Positions 37,513-49,044 are shown, counted from the stretch's first letter. The stretch is DNA of 64,000 nt from Desulfobacterales bacterium (GCA_963668645.2 CAXXWC010000021.1:544001-608000), one strand, 5' to 3'. Numbers and translations are program-made. Notes: generated by a model from the letters alone, not told the origin.

Positions 37513-37713
37513 AGCCGTACCTCTCCTGTTGGTGAACTTCTCATTCCGGTTTAACAACAAGATTCAACCGCCCCTTTTCCAACTAGTGTCCGTCCATAAA
37601 TGGTGATTTTTGGTTCCTGGCAAGGCCCGAGCGAGTTTTCAACCGGAGCAATAGCCCGCTATTTCGAGGATTGGAAACGAGCGAGAACGCCGCCGGGGGC
37701 CAAAAGGTGCCGT

Positions 37714-37935
37714 TTATGGATGGGCACTGACTATTTCGTAGTATTCGAGGATGTCTCCTGGCTGGCACTGCAAATGCCGGCATATGGCGTCCAGGGTTTC
37801 CAGACGGATCGCCCTGGCCTTTCCGGTCTTGAGGATCGAAAGATTTTGCGGCGTAATCCCGATCCGTTCCGCCAATTCGTTGGATTTCATCTTGCGGCGG
37901 GCGAGCATGACGTCAAGGTTGACACGGATGGGCAT
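37714..37935 (-). CDS. XRE/Cro HTH regulator (YozG-like)
   Basis: NLDVMLA.RKM...ELAE.IGIT..NLSILKTGKA.AIR..TL..IC..L.CQPGDIL. Confidence 0.92.
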   Translation of the reverse strand: MPIRVNLDVMLARRKMKSNELAERIGITPQNLSILKTGKARAIRLETLDAICRHLQCQPGDILEYYEIVSAHP

Positions 37936-37953
37936 CGATTCCGCTCCTCAATG

Positions 37954-38490
37954 TTAAACCGTAAGGTCCTGGTCCTCTTGCAGTTTGCACCCCTCTTCCA
38001 TCACCCAGGCGATGACGCCCAGCACCAGACCCACCAGGAGAGCCGTTATGTCCGGCGACCCCAATCCGACCGATATCATTCTCTGCCCGGGAGGATGATG
38101 CAGCGTCAGGGCGATACTCATCAAGGAGCCGGAAATAATGTTGGCGGCGCACCATGCCACCAGGGTCCTTGACAGGCTTCTAAAACAGTGCACATTGGCC
38201 GGCCTGAAGATTTGACCCGCCTCATAGAGCCTGAACAAACGGATCAAAACCACCGTCGCGTACATGATCACTGAAGCGGGGACGAGTGCAACGATAAAGC
38301 CAAGCATCCGCGCCATGCCGGGCAGCGGAATCCTTGCAAAGGCCGGCAATACGGCTTCCTGCATTGTGCCGGGCAGCACATTGATAAAAGCCCAGAGTGA
38401 TGCGTTGACCACAGGGATCAACACCAGCACGATGGTAAACATTATTCTCAACCGCCGGCTTGCACGTTGTATGCAGAAGGTATCAGGCAT
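37954..38490 (-). CDS. DUF2975-family membrane protein
   Basis: Four hydrophobic segments, LF..Y..G.IF...N, C-terminal L.EDQDLTV; paired with the XRE gene. Confidence 0.85.
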   Translation of the reverse strand: MPDTFCIQRASRRLRIMFTIVLVLIPVVNASLWAFINVLPGTMQEAVLPAFARIPLPGMARMLGFIVALVPASVIMYATVVLIRLFRLYEAGQIFRPANVHCFRSLSRTLVAWCAANIISGSLMSIALTLHHPPGQRMISVGLGSPDITALLVGLVLGVIAWVMEEGCKLQEDQDLTV

Positions 38491-38766
38491 ATATTTTTTC
38501 CTTTTTGGGTTCTCTGATACGCCGTGACTCAACCAGGTGACTTTTATCCACTGGGTAGCCAAAAAATTATCGTTTGTCAATAAGTTTTTATTGTATAACA
38601 TTTATTATTGAACAAGGGCAGGCTGGATCCGTTGCTGACAGATTCGTGGCAAATCAAATTCCGGTTTACCTGTAGTGATCTGGTATTTGCACCGCCCTGG
38701 TCGTTACGCTACGATGGGGTTGTTACAAACCGGATCAATAAGGAAAGAGCACAAGGAGAGAACACG

Positions 38767-39165
38767 ATGAAAAGACGATTTGATATGGTTGGTCTGTTTG
38801 TTGCCGATTTATCCGGGATGGTGTCCTTTTATAAAGAGGTCGTCGGGATTCCGATCGAATGGGATGGTCAAGGCCCTTATGCCGAGTTTCAACACGAGGG
38901 GATAAGGTTTGCGATGTATGAGAGGAAAATGTTGCCCCAACTGCTTGGCCAGACGCCGGAATTCACCAATCGGCTGAATGGGACTTTTGAATTGGCCATA
39001 AATGTCGGGGCCCCGGAGAATGTCGACAAAGAATATGCGCGTCTAGTCGCAAAAGGCGCAAGATCGGTATACGGACCCCGGAATGAACCGTGGAACATGA
39101 GATCCGCCATGATAACCGACCCGGATGGGAATCTGATTGAAATCGCTTCGGATTTCTGGGAATAA
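38767..39165 (+). CDS. VOC/glyoxalase-family protein
   Basis: V.D....FY..V.G, PW..RSA...DPDGN.IEI; GGAG RBS. Confidence 0.88.
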   Translation: MKRRFDMVGLFVADLSGMVSFYKEVVGIPIEWDGQGPYAEFQHEGIRFAMYERKMLPQLLGQTPEFTNRLNGTFELAINVGAPENVDKEYARLVAKGARSVYGPRNEPWNMRSAMITDPDGNLIEIASDFWE

Positions 39166-39295
39166 AACAGGCTGGCCGGCCGATTTTTCGTTCGTTGATG
39201 AGTCCCTTTCATCACCTTCAACAGCCGGCCATAATCCTGCTTCACTCAATCGCCATGCCGGTCTTGCGACATCCCCCGCGCCCGAAGGTACAGCT

Positions 39296-39844
39296 TTACT
39301 TGCGGGTGATGATCATCTGGCATCCCTGGCCCGTGTGATCAGCCACGGTGGTCGGAAAATCGATCTCGATCTTTTTAAAGGGCTCGCAGATACCGAAATC
39401 GCAGGCAGAGAGCATATCGCGGCAAAAATGGGTGATCTCTTCGGCGCTGGCCCCCAACTCCTTGAGCGCATCCACGTGGGGGCAGGAATGAAAGACCTTC
39501 ACGGCGCGATCCGGGCCCAGTTCCTTGATCTCCTGGTCGAAGACCGCCATACCGCCCTTGGAGGTCTGGCCGAGCAGCACCTCGGTGGGGCCCAGATCGT
39601 CCGTTCCGGCCTTGCCGGCGATCTTCTCGCCCTGAAAGACGCCGAAATCCCATGACGCCTCCCGGATGACCCGGTCCGCATCTACTTCAGGATACAGTTC
39701 CTTGAGTTTGCGCCAGATGAAATAGATCTGCCGGCTGCGGTCCATGTAAGCGTCACGCAGAGCCTTGCTAAATTCTTCGAAAGAAGCGGAGCGGCCCTTG
39801 CCGATACGCTGTTCAAACTCGGTTATGTTCTGGTCGATGGCCAT
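39296..39844 (-). CDS. L-2-amino-thiazoline-4-carboxylic acid hydrolase-like protein
   Basis: F.SCP....KELG, C......DF, T.A.....C pattern. Confidence 0.7.
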   Translation of the reverse strand: MAIDQNITEFEQRIGKGRSASFEEFSKALRDAYMDRSRQIYFIWRKLKELYPEVDADRVIREASWDFGVFQGEKIAGKAGTDDLGPTEVLLGQTSKGGMAVFDQEIKELGPDRAVKVFHSCPHVDALKELGASAEEITHFCRDMLSACDFGICEPFKKIEIDFPTTVADHTGQGCQMIITRK

Positions 39845-39883
39845 GAAAACTCCTTTACGGTTCTATCATTGGTACTGTCGCCG

Positions 39884-40990
39884 TCACCGGGTCCCGCTTT
39901 TTTTCTCTTTTGCGGTCCAGCCCAGATAGACCTCCAGATAGCGGCTGTAACGGGACATGAAAAAACAAAACGGAAAATAGATCGCTGCGGCGAAAAGGTA
40001 CGCCTCGGTGCTGAAGGCCATCCAGGTCGGATCGGCCAGTGTGGTCTGGGTGGTTTTAAGAAGATCGTACAAGGCGATGATGATCACCAGCGAGGTATCC
40101 TTGAACATGGAAATGAAGGTGTTCACCGTGGGCGGGATGGCGATCTTCAGAGCCTGGGGTAAAATGACCAGCCGCATCTTCTGAAGATAGGTAAAGCCCA
40201 AGGCGTCCGCCGCCTCGTACTGGCCCGGTTCGACCACCTGGAGCCCGCCGCGGATCACCTCGGCCAAATAGGCGGCCGAAGAAAGGATGATGGCCACCAG
40301 GGCGCGCAGCAGCTTGTTGACCACCACGTCCTTGGGTAAAAAGAGCGGGAAAACCACCGAAGACAAAAAGAGCAGGCAGATCAAGGGAATGCCCCGCACC
40401 ACCTCGATATAAACCGTGCTCAGGGACCGGATGATCGGCATGGACGAGCGGCGGCCCAGGGCCAGCACGATGCCCAGCGGATAGGCCGCCACGATTCCCA
40501 TCACCGCCAGCAACAGCGTCAGGGGCAGGCCGCTCCACTTATCGGTTTCCACCGGCGCCAGGCCTAGTATCCCGCCGTGCAGCAGCCAGCCGACGACCAC
40601 AAAGGCCGCGACCCAGCCGTAGATCAGCCGCCGCGACCAGTTGCGCGGCCAGGCGCTGGCGCCGACCAAGCCGAAAAATACCGCCATGGCCACCACCGGG
40701 CGCCACTGTTCACAAACCGGGTAAAAGCCCAGAAGGATGAAACGCAGGTTTTCACGCACATAGGTCCAGCAGGCACCGTCCAAAGAGCGGCACTGGCCGG
40801 GAGGCAGGGTCCAGGTCGCGTTGACCACGGCCCAGCGCACCAGCGGCGGGATGATCACGGCCAGCAGGGCCAGCCCGACAAGGGTCAACAGCGAGTTGCC
40901 GGGGGTGCCGAAATAGAGGCTGCGAATCCTGTTCACATAAGGCAGGCGGTGGATCAAGGCCGCCGGCGGATGATTTTCAGATACGGGCAA
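39884..40990 (-). CDS. aapM: general L-amino acid ABC permease (AapM-like)
   Basis: GACW, QWRP, W.GL.LTL, RG.PLI, AY.AEVIRGGLQ, GQYEAA. Confidence 0.88.
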   Translation of the reverse strand: MPVSENHPPAALIHRLPYVNRIRSLYFGTPGNSLLTLVGLALLAVIIPPLVRWAVVNATWTLPPGQCRSLDGACWTYVRENLRFILLGFYPVCEQWRPVVAMAVFFGLVGASAWPRNWSRRLIYGWVAAFVVVGWLLHGGILGLAPVETDKWSGLPLTLLLAVMGIVAAYPLGIVLALGRRSSMPIIRSLSTVYIEVVRGIPLICLLFLSSVVFPLFLPKDVVVNKLLRALVAIILSSAAYLAEVIRGGLQVVEPGQYEAADALGFTYLQKMRLVILPQALKIAIPPTVNTFISMFKDTSLVIIIALYDLLKTTQTTLADPTWMAFSTEAYLFAAAIYFPFCFFMSRYSRYLEVYLGWTAKEKKSGTR

Positions 40991-41010
40991 GGCACATCCT
41001 CCCAGTGGTT

Positions 41011-42186
41011 TCAGGACTTGGCTGATGGCAGCATCACCCGCCGGTTGAACCAGTTCATGAACGCAGAGGTCATGAGGCTGAAAAGCAGGTAGACCACCAT
41101 GAGGATGCTGATGGCCTCTATGGCCTGGCCGGTCTGGTTCAAGGTGGTGTTGGCCACCGACACCAGATCGGGGTAGCCGATGGCCACCGCCAGGGTACTG
41201 TTCTTGGTCAGGTTGAGCATCTGGCTGGTCAGCGGCGGAATGATGGCCCGCATGGCCTGGGGCAGCACGATGAGCAGCAGGACCTGGCCGTTGGAAAGCC
41301 CCGCCGACTGGGCGGCCTCCACCTGGCCTTTGTCCACCGAAATGATTCCGGCACGCACGATTTCAGCCACGAAAGTGCCCGTATAGATGACCAGGCCGAG
41401 CAGCAGGGCACTGAATTCGGGGGTCAGTGCGAGGCCGCCCCGAAAATTGAAGCCCCGCAGCACCGGCACGTCGATCCGCCAGGCGGCGCCGGCCGCGGCG
41501 TTGATCCCGAGTACCACCAACAGCGGCACCATGCCCAGGACCACGAAGGGGATCCGCTTTTTCCCGTGGTCTTCGTGATAGCGTCGGTTTCGGCGGCTCA
41601 GGGACCACCACAACGCCAGGGCCGGGGGCACACAGAACAGCACCAGCGCTTCGGGACCATGGATGTGCAGGGCTGGAAAAAAAATGCCGCGATTGCAGAT
41701 AAACACAGCGTCCAAAAACGCCAGGGCCTGGCGCGGAGCCGGAAGCTCACGAAGCAGGGCGTACCAGAAAATCAGTTGCAGCAGCACGGGGATGTTGCGG
41801 AACAACTCGATATACACCCCTGCAAGACCCGCGATCAGCCCGTTTCGCGACAAGCGGACGATGCCCATGAAGGTGCCGAGCAGCACGGTGAGTACAATGC
41901 CGATGACGGCGGTTTTCAGGGTGTTGAGAAACCCCACCACCAGGGCTCGGCCGTAGCTGTCCGTTGGCGCGTAGGAAATGAGGGTCTCACCGATCTCGAA
42001 GGCCGATTCCTGCTTCAAAAAGCCGAAGCCGGTGGCGATATTCTGGCTGTGCAGATTTTCCAGGGTGTTCGAAATCAGATACCAGCCGATGCAGACCAAG
42101 GCTGCGACCACCAGCACTTGATAGAACCAGGCGCGGTATTCCGGTCGATGCCAGAAAGCTGGAGACTGTTTGGGCGGCGGGCTCAT
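41011..42186 (-). CDS. aapQ: general L-amino acid ABC permease (AapQ-like)
   Basis: GFGFL, G..NTL, FRNIP.LLQ, GFNF.GG...PEF.AL, KGQ.EAA; start uncertain (42186 or 42207). Confidence 0.88.
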   Translation of the reverse strand: MSPPPKQSPAFWHRPEYRAWFYQVLVVAALVCIGWYLISNTLENLHSQNIATGFGFLKQESAFEIGETLISYAPTDSYGRALVVGFLNTLKTAVIGIVLTVLLGTFMGIVRLSRNGLIAGLAGVYIELFRNIPVLLQLIFWYALLRELPAPRQALAFLDAVFICNRGIFFPALHIHGPEALVLFCVPPALALWWSLSRRNRRYHEDHGKKRIPFVVLGMVPLLVVLGINAAAGAAWRIDVPVLRGFNFRGGLALTPEFSALLLGLVIYTGTFVAEIVRAGIISVDKGQVEAAQSAGLSNGQVLLLIVLPQAMRAIIPPLTSQMLNLTKNSTLAVAIGYPDLVSVANTTLNQTGQAIEAISILMVVYLLFSLMTSAFMNWFNRRVMLPSAKS

Positions 42187-42252
42187 AAATGCGGTAGGAT
42201 CGGGCAAAGCCGAAGGCCCGCTGCGGACCTCCGGCTCTGCTTCAAGGCGGTG

Positions 42253-43269
42253 TTATTTGAAAGGCGGCGAATAGAGCAGACCGCCGTCTTTGTACAGAAG
42301 GTTCATACCCCGGTCGAGGTTCATCGTCGTGCCGGGACCGAGGTTGCGGGCAAAGACCTCTTTGTAGTTGCCGATCTGCTTGACGATATTGTAGGCCCAC
42401 TTCTCGTCGACCCCCAGGGCTTTGCCGTTGCCCGGGGTGACGCCGAGGAAACGCTGCACGTTGGGATTCGGGCTGTTGAGCATCTCGTCCACGTTCTTCG
42501 AGTCGATGCCCAGATCCTCGGCTTCCACCAGGGCCAGCACCGTCCAGTAGACCAGATCTTTCCACTGGTTGTCGCCCTGGCGTACCGCCGTGGTCAACGG
42601 CTCCTTAGAGATGCGTTCGGGCAGGATCATGTACTGGTCGGGGGTCTCGGTGACGCTGCGCATCCCGGCCAGGGTGGAGGCGTCTGAGGTCAGGCAGTCG
42701 CAGCGGCCCGAGACGAAGGTCTTGAGCAGTTCGTCCTTGCTCTCGATGAGGACCGGCTGGAAGCTCATCTTGTTGGCGCGGAAATAGTCGGAGATATTGC
42801 GTTCGGTGGTGGTGCCGGGCAGCAGACAGACCGTGGCACCGTCCAGTTCGGTGGCGCTCTTGACCCCAAGCTTCTTGGGCACCATGATCCCCTGGCCGTC
42901 GTAGTAGACAGGGGGCGTGAACTCAAAGCCCAGGTCGGTATCGCGGGTCAGGGTCATGGTGGTCTGGCGGCAGAGCACATCCACCTCGCCGGATTGCAAG
43001 GCCGCGAAGCGCTGCTGGCTGGTCAGGGGGATGAACTTCACCTTGGTCGGGTCACCGAAAACGGCCGTGGCCACGGCCCGGGCGATATCCACGTCCAGAC
43101 CGCTCCAGTTTCCCTGATTGTCGGGAATGGAAAAGCCGGCAGCGCCGGTGTTGACACCTGCCACCAGATAGCCGCGACTCTTGACCGCATCGAGGGTCTC
43201 GCCGGCGTAAAGGCTTCCAAAAGAGATCAGAACCAGAAGAACCGCAAGAAGCATTGACAACCGTTTCAT
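42253..43269 (-). CDS. aapJ: general L-amino acid ABC substrate-binding protein (AapJ-like)
   Basis: RF.ALQSGEVD, T.TRD, YDGQG, GTTTE, ISKEPL, GNY.E.F.RN, GGL.Y.PP. Confidence 0.92.
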   Translation of the reverse strand: MKRLSMLLAVLLVLISFGSLYAGETLDAVKSRGYLVAGVNTGAAGFSIPDNQGNWSGLDVDIARAVATAVFGDPTKVKFIPLTSQQRFAALQSGEVDVLCRQTTMTLTRDTDLGFEFTPPVYYDGQGIMVPKKLGVKSATELDGATVCLLPGTTTERNISDYFRANKMSFQPVLIESKDELLKTFVSGRCDCLTSDASTLAGMRSVTETPDQYMILPERISKEPLTTAVRQGDNQWKDLVYWTVLALVEAEDLGIDSKNVDEMLNSPNPNVQRFLGVTPGNGKALGVDEKWAYNIVKQIGNYKEVFARNLGPGTTMNLDRGMNLLYKDGGLLYSPPFK

Positions 43270-43640
43270 AATTCTCCTTCCATCTCATTAGTGTCGAAAT
43301 ACAGGGTGAATAAACGGCATGGCATGGCGCTGGATCTTCCACGCCGGCTATAGAATGATCGGGTCATATACCCGAAACGGAAGACATTTAAAAGTGGTCA
43401 CAGAAAAAAAACGGTTTCAAAGCTCAACGCTTCCGCCCTTTTGGCGAAACCGGCAGTTCTCGGGTTGATCAAAAATTGCCGGTCGCTGCAGCCATTCCTT
43501 TTCCGGTGCCGGCCATCCAGCCAGCAGGATCGGCCCCGATCTTATCGGCATGGACCTTTTCGGCCAGATGAAAACGGGCAACCAGGGGCGTTCTGCGATG
43601 GGACGTCGCCTTCCAATCGCACAAAACCGGGCGCGCACAA

Positions 43641-44609
43641 TCAACACAGGTGGCACGCTGCCCAGCGTCCGGGTTCCACTTGCCTAAAAGCAGGGCGCTC
43701 CTCGGCGCATACCGGAATCTGTAACGGACAACGTGGATGAAAAGTGCACCCGGGCGGCGGATTGATCGGACTCGGCACATCGCCGCCGAGGATCTGCCGC
43801 TTTCGAAGTGCATCCGGATCGGGAACCGGCGCAGCGGAAAGCAGGGCCTTTGCGTAGGGGTGCAGGGGATGCTGGTAAAAAACCTTGCGCTCGGCCAACT
43901 CCACAATGCGTCCCAGATACATCACGGCCACGCGGTCACTGATGTGCTCCACCACGCTCAAGTCGTGGGAAATGAAGATATAGGTCAACCCGAATTGCGC
44001 CTTGAGTTCTTCCAGCAGATTGATCACCTGGGCCTGAATCGACACATCCAGCGCCGAGACCGGTTCGTCGGCAAGGATCAAACGCGGGTTGAGGGCCAGG
44101 GCCCGGGCGATGACGATTCGCTGGCGCTGCCCCCCGGAAAACTCGTGGGGGTAGCGCAAGGCCTGGCCGGGCCGCAGCCCCACCACCTGGAGCAGTTCGG
44201 CCACCCGCTCGCGGCGCTCGGCGGCTGTGCCGATGCCGTGAATCTCCAGGGGCTCGGCGATAATTCGGCCCACCCGCTGGCGCGGGTTAAGCGCCGAGTA
44301 GGGATCCTGGTAGATGATCTGGGCCTCGCGCCGGAAGCGTTTCAGACGCATGCGGTTAAAAGTGCCCACATCCTGCCCTTCGAAGAAAACCCGTCCCGCC
44401 GTGGGCGGCTCCAGATGCAACAACAGCCGCCCCAGAGTGGACTTGCCGCAGCCGGACTCCCCCACCAGTCCGAACACCTCGCCCGGCCGCACGGCGAGGC
44501 TCACCCCCTCAACAGCCCGCACCACCTGCCGGCCCCGGCCCAGATGGCCGGCGGCCCTGATCTGGTAGTGCATCACGAGATCTTCGGCTCGAAGCAGGGC
44601 TTCACCCAC
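43641..44609 (-). CDS. dipeptide ABC ATP-binding protein (DppF-like)
   Basis: [27 protein letters not shown]; start placed at GTG 44609. Confidence 0.9.
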   Translation of the reverse strand: MGEALLRAEDLVMHYQIRAAGHLGRGRQVVRAVEGVSLAVRPGEVFGLVGESGCGKSTLGRLLLHLEPPTAGRVFFEGQDVGTFNRMRLKRFRREAQIIYQDPYSALNPRQRVGRIIAEPLEIHGIGTAAERRERVAELLQVVGLRPGQALRYPHEFSGGQRQRIVIARALALNPRLILADEPVSALDVSIQAQVINLLEELKAQFGLTYIFISHDLSVVEHISDRVAVMYLGRIVELAERKVFYQHPLHPYAKALLSAAPVPDPDALRKRQILGGDVPSPINPPPGCTFHPRCPLQIPVCAEERPAFRQVEPGRWAACHLC

Positions 44610-44611
44610 GG

Positions 44612-45583
44612 TCAGTCCTCCACGGGGTGCCAACAGCGAACCCGGTGTTCGGGGCCCACCACGGTCCATGGGGGCTCCTGCCTGCACTGGTCGCCGCTGC
44701 GCAAACAGCGTTCCTGAAAGGCGCAGCCCGGCGGCAGCCGCAGGAGGCTGGGCACCACGCCGGGGATGGGCTTGAGCTTGCCCCGGCGTCCTCCCACCTG
44801 GGGCAGGGACTGGAACAGCCCCACGGTGTAAGGGTGGGCCGCCCGGCGAAACAGGGTGCGTACATCGGCTTCCTCGACGATGCGGCCGGTGTACATCACC
44901 GCCACCCGCTGGCAGGTTTCGGCGACAACCCCCAAGTCGTGGGTGATGAGCATCACCGCCATGCCGATCTCTCCTTTGAGCCGGTTCATGAGATCCAGAA
45001 TCTGGGCCTGGATCGTCACGTCCAGGGCCGTAGTGGGCTCGTCGGCAATCATCACCTGGGGATGGCAGGAAAGCGCCATGGCGATCATCACCCGCTGGCG
45101 CATGCCGCCGGAAAGCTGGTGGGGATAGTCGCCCACCCGGGCGGCCGGCTCCGGGATGCCCACCAGCGAGAGCATCTGCACGGCTTCGGCCCAGGCGGCC
45201 CGCCGGCTCATGCGGCGGTGGCGGCGGATGGCCTCCACGATCTGGAAGCCCGCGGTGTAGACCGGATTGAGGCTGGTCATGGGCTCCTGGAAAATCATGG
45301 AGATCTCGTTGCCCCGGATGCGGTTCATCTGCGCTTCGGTCAGGGACGCCAGATCACGGCCCTTGAAAAGGACCTGCCCGCCGGTGATGCGGCCCGCGGG
45401 TTTGGGCAGCAACTGGAGCACCGAAAGGGCCGTGACACTCTTGCCGCAGCCCGACTCTCCCACCAGCCCCAGGGTCTCTCCCGGTGCCAGGGTCAGACTA
45501 ACCCGGTCCACGGCCGTCACCGGTCCCCGGCGCGTGTCAAATCGCGTGGTCAAATCTCGGATGTCCAGCACGGGCGTGCTCAT
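44612..45583 (-). CDS. dipeptide ABC ATP-binding protein (DppD-like)
   Basis: [36 protein letters not shown]. Confidence 0.9.
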   Translation of the reverse strand: MSTPVLDIRDLTTRFDTRRGPVTAVDRVSLTLAPGETLGLVGESGCGKSVTALSVLQLLPKPAGRITGGQVLFKGRDLASLTEAQMNRIRGNEISMIFQEPMTSLNPVYTAGFQIVEAIRRHRRMSRRAAWAEAVQMLSLVGIPEPAARVGDYPHQLSGGMRQRVMIAMALSCHPQVMIADEPTTALDVTIQAQILDLMNRLKGEIGMAVMLITHDLGVVAETCQRVAVMYTGRIVEEADVRTLFRRAAHPYTVGLFQSLPQVGGRRGKLKPIPGVVPSLLRLPPGCAFQERCLRSGDQCRQEPPWTVVGPEHRVRCWHPVED

Positions 45584-46419
45584 TGAGATCTCAAAGAAGG
45601 ATCGAGCACATCCCGCAGCCCGTCGCCGAAAAGGTTGAATCCCAGCACCAGCAGCAGGATGGCTGCCCCGGGGAAGGCCGCCACGTGGGGGGCGATCTGG
45701 ATGTACTGGCGTCCCTCGCTCAGCATGGTTCCCCATTCCGGCGCGGGCGGCTGGGCTCCCAGCCCCAAAAAGCCCAGGGCCGCTGCCTGGAGCACGGCCG
45801 TGCCCATGCCCAGGGTGGCATAGACGATGATGGGCGGCAGGCAGTTGGGCAGTACGTGGCGCATCAGGATGCGGGTATGGCCGCCCCCCAGGTGCCCCAC
45901 GGCCTGCACGAAGAGCTGCTGCTTGAGGGAAAGCACGCTTGCGCGCACGATACGTGCGTAATGAGGAATGTAGACGACACCCACGGCGATCATGGTGTTG
46001 GTGAGGTTGGGTTCGAGTACCGCGGTGATGAAAATCGCCAGCAGAATGGCCGGGAAGGCCAGGATCATGTCCATGCAGCGCATGATCAGGCTGTCGATCC
46101 AGCGGCCGAAGTAGCCGGCCAGCAACCCCAGCAAGGTCCCGGGCAACAGCGAAATGGTAACCGAGATGATCCCGATGAGGATGGAGATGCGCGCCCCGCT
46201 GATCACCCGGCTGAGGATATCGCGCCCCAGGCTGTCGGTGCCGAAGGGGTGATCACTGCTGGGGCCCTGCAAGCGCTGCAATGGCGCCGGCACCAGGGGA
46301 TCGTGCGAGACGAGCAGCGGGCCGGCCAGGGCCACCACCAGGATGGCAGCGATGATGACCATGCCCGCCGCGGCGTTCCAGCTGCGCATCAGATCCCTCA
46401 GCCAGTCCCATCTAAGCAT
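45580..46419 (-). CDS. dipeptide ABC permease (DppC-like)
   Basis: [31 protein letters not shown]. Confidence 0.92.
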   Translation of the reverse strand: MLRWDWLRDLMRSWNAAAGMVIIAAILVVALAGPLLVSHDPLVPAPLQRLQGPSSDHPFGTDSLGRDILSRVISGARISILIGIISVTISLLPGTLLGLLAGYFGRWIDSLIMRCMDMILAFPAILLAIFITAVLEPNLTNTMIAVGVVYIPHYARIVRASVLSLKQQLFVQAVGHLGGGHTRILMRHVLPNCLPPIIVYATLGMGTAVLQAAALGFLGLGAQPPAPEWGTMLSEGRQYIQIAPHVAAFPGAAILLLVLGFNLFGDGLRDVLDPSLRSQ

Positions 46420-47422
46420 TGACGCGAATCCTCGGATCCAGCAACACGTAGATCAGGTCCACCACCAGGTTGATCACCGCCATCATGGCGGCAAAAACCA
46501 GGATGCAGCCCTGAACGGCCGCATAGTCCCGGCCCATGAGGGAATCGACCACATAGCGCCCCAGACCGGGCCATGAAAAAATGGTCTCCGTCAGTACGGC
46601 ACCGCCCAGCAGCAGCCCCAGATTGAGGCCCAGCACGGTCACCACCGGCAAAAAGGCATTGCGCAGGGCGTGACGCAGGATCACCACGGCCTCGCTCAGG
46701 CCTTTAGCCCTGGCCGTGCGCACGTAATCCTTGTTGAGCACTTCCAACATGGCCGAACGGGTGATGCGGGCCACCACAGCCATGGGGATGGTGGCCAGGG
46801 TCAAGGCAGGCAGGATCAGGTGGCGGCCCGCCTCCCACAGCGTGCCGAAGCTGCCCGAGATAAGGGCGTCCACCACCACCAGGCCGGTGACTGCAGGCAC
46901 CTCCAGCCCCATGGGCAGCCGCCCCATCATCGGCAGTATCGGGTACTTGACCGCAAACAGGTAGATCAGCATCAGTCCCAGCCAGAAGATGGGCATGGAG
47001 ACACCCACCAGCGCCAGGAACATGGCGCCGTAGTCCCATGCCGAACGGGGCCGTACCGCACTGACCACACCGGCGCCCACCCCGCCGACGGTGGAGATGA
47101 ACATGGCGGCCAGAGACAGCTCAAGGGTGGCCAGCAGTCGCCCCCAAATTTCCACGGCCACCGGCGTGTTGGTGCGGATGGAATTGCCTAGGTCGCCGTG
47201 GAAAAGATTCTGCAGGTAGATCCCGTATTGCAGCGCCAGAGAGCGGTCCAAGCCCAGCTGCGTGCGCAACCGGGCCAGTTCCTCGGGGTTGGCGAACTCG
47301 CCCAACAGCAACTGCGCGGGGTCTCCGGGAATCATCCTGAGCATCAGGAAGACCAGCACGGAGACCCCAAGCAGAATCACAACGAGCTGCAGCAGGCGTT
47401 TGGCGATATAGCCCAGCGGCAT
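46412..47422 (-). CDS. dipeptide ABC permease (DppB-like)
   Basis: IPGDPA, HLILPA, TRSAMLEVL..DYVRTARAKGL, TETIFSWPG.G. Confidence 0.92.
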   Translation of the reverse strand: MPLGYIAKRLLQLVVILLGVSVLVFLMLRMIPGDPAQLLLGEFANPEELARLRTQLGLDRSLALQYGIYLQNLFHGDLGNSIRTNTPVAVEIWGRLLATLELSLAAMFISTVGGVGAGVVSAVRPRSAWDYGAMFLALVGVSMPIFWLGLMLIYLFAVKYPILPMMGRLPMGLEVPAVTGLVVVDALISGSFGTLWEAGRHLILPALTLATIPMAVVARITRSAMLEVLNKDYVRTARAKGLSEAVVILRHALRNAFLPVVTVLGLNLGLLLGGAVLTETIFSWPGLGRYVVDSLMGRDYAAVQGCILVFAAMMAVINLVVDLIYVLLDPRIRVNA

Positions 47423-47428
47423 CGCGGG

Positions 47429-48994
47429 CTATTTATCCTTCCAGATCATCTGGAAGGAATTTAACCCGTTGGGCCGCAGGGGCACGTCATGCAGGCGCTT
47501 GTTATAACAACGCACGATGGTACTGTGGGCCAGAGGCACCCAGGGTTGGTCCTGGTGAAAGATTTCCTGCGCCCGCTTATAGATCTTGGCCCGCTCGGCC
47601 TTGTCGAAGATCCGTTGGGCCTGGAGGCAAAGTTCGGTGAATTCGGCGTTCTTCCACAGGGCCACGTTGGCCGCTCCGGGGGTCTTGGCTGTATCGGCGC
47701 TCAGCAGACCGTAAAGAAAGTTGTCCGGGTCGGCGTTGCCGCCCAGCCACCCCAGCATGCACAGGTCGTGCTCACCGTTGGAGGTCTTTTTGAGGTAGGT
47801 GCCCCAGTCCATGCGCACGATCTTGCTTTTGACGCCCGCTGCGGCCAGATAGGCCTGGATCAACTCGGCGGTTTTGACCGGCTCGGGCATGTAGGCGCGC
47901 GATACGGGCATTGCCCACAGCTCCAGTTCCCGGTTGAAGTCGAAGCCGGCCGCCTCAAACAGCTTCTTGGCCTTGGCCGGATCGTAGTCGTAAGGCTGGA
48001 TCTCGTCGTTGTAACTCCAGATGGAGGGTGGAAACGGGTTTTTGGCCGGAATCGCCAGACCCTGGAAAATGGACGTGATCAGCGTCTTCTTGTCGATGGC
48101 GTGGGCGATGGCCTGGCGCACCCGGGCATCCTTCAACCAGGGTTTTTCGGTGTTGATGGCCAGATAGCCCACATTGACGCTGGGCTGCTTAATGACGGCC
48201 AATTGGTCGTTGGTCTCCACCAGGCGGATGCTGTCCGGGTCCAGATCATCGGCGATATCCACCGCCCCGGACTGCAGGGCCATGAGCCGTGCGCTGGGCT
48301 CGGGGATCGACTTGAGGATGATCTGATCCACCTTGGCCTTGTCCCCCCAATACTCGGGGTTGCGCTCCATGATGATCTGGTCGTCCTTGACCCATTTGGA
48401 GAACTTGAAGGGGCCGGTGCCCACGGGGTGCTGTCCGATCTGATCCTTGTACTCTGCCATGGCCTTGGGTGAAAGGATCGGGCAGAGCCACAGGGCCAGG
48501 TTGTTGATCAGCGGTGCGTAGGGCTTCTTGGTGACCATGGCCACGGTGTAGTCGTCGACGATCTTGATATCCTTGACCGGCCCAAGAGAGAGGCTCAGAT
48601 AGACCCATTTTCCGTATTTGTGCAAGGGGTGGTCGGGATCGATCACCCGTGCGAACGAGTCGTAGACCGCCTTGGCATTAAACGGCTCGCCGTCGTGAAA
48701 CTTGACCCCTTTGCGCAGTTTGAAGGTCCACGTCAGACCGTCGTCGCTCACCGTCCAGGACTCGGCCAACTGGGGTACCACGTCCATCGAATCTTTCTCG
48801 AAGATGACCAGGTTCTCCAGCATCTGAACACCGGCCTTGATCGATTCGCCGTCGGTGGCCTGGGCCAAGTCGAGACTCACCGAATCGCCTCCCCTGCCCC
48901 AGATCAGTGTGCCGCCCTGGTTCGGTGCGGCCGCCAAGACCGTCAGGGGAGCCAGACAAACCGTCAGCGCCAAAAAAACGACAAATTTACGCAT
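47429..48994 (-). CDS. dipeptide ABC substrate-binding protein (DppA-like)
   Basis: Signal peptide, LAESW, PVGTGPF, WAMPV.R.Y.P, GW.G.N.DPDNF. Confidence 0.92.
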   Translation of the reverse strand: MRKFVVFLALTVCLAPLTVLAAAPNQGGTLIWGRGGDSVSLDLAQATDGESIKAGVQMLENLVIFEKDSMDVVPQLAESWTVSDDGLTWTFKLRKGVKFHDGEPFNAKAVYDSFARVIDPDHPLHKYGKWVYLSLSLGPVKDIKIVDDYTVAMVTKKPYAPLINNLALWLCPILSPKAMAEYKDQIGQHPVGTGPFKFSKWVKDDQIIMERNPEYWGDKAKVDQIILKSIPEPSARLMALQSGAVDIADDLDPDSIRLVETNDQLAVIKQPSVNVGYLAINTEKPWLKDARVRQAIAHAIDKKTLITSIFQGLAIPAKNPFPPSIWSYNDEIQPYDYDPAKAKKLFEAAGFDFNRELELWAMPVSRAYMPEPVKTAELIQAYLAAAGVKSKIVRMDWGTYLKKTSNGEHDLCMLGWLGGNADPDNFLYGLLSADTAKTPGAANVALWKNAEFTELCLQAQRIFDKAERAKIYKRAQEIFHQDQPWVPLAHSTIVRCYNKRLHDVPLRPNGLNSFQMIWKDK

Positions 48995-49044
48995 GAAAAA
49001 GCCTCCCTTTGAAATGAGTGTCCGTCATCCGTCGGTCTCCAGGA

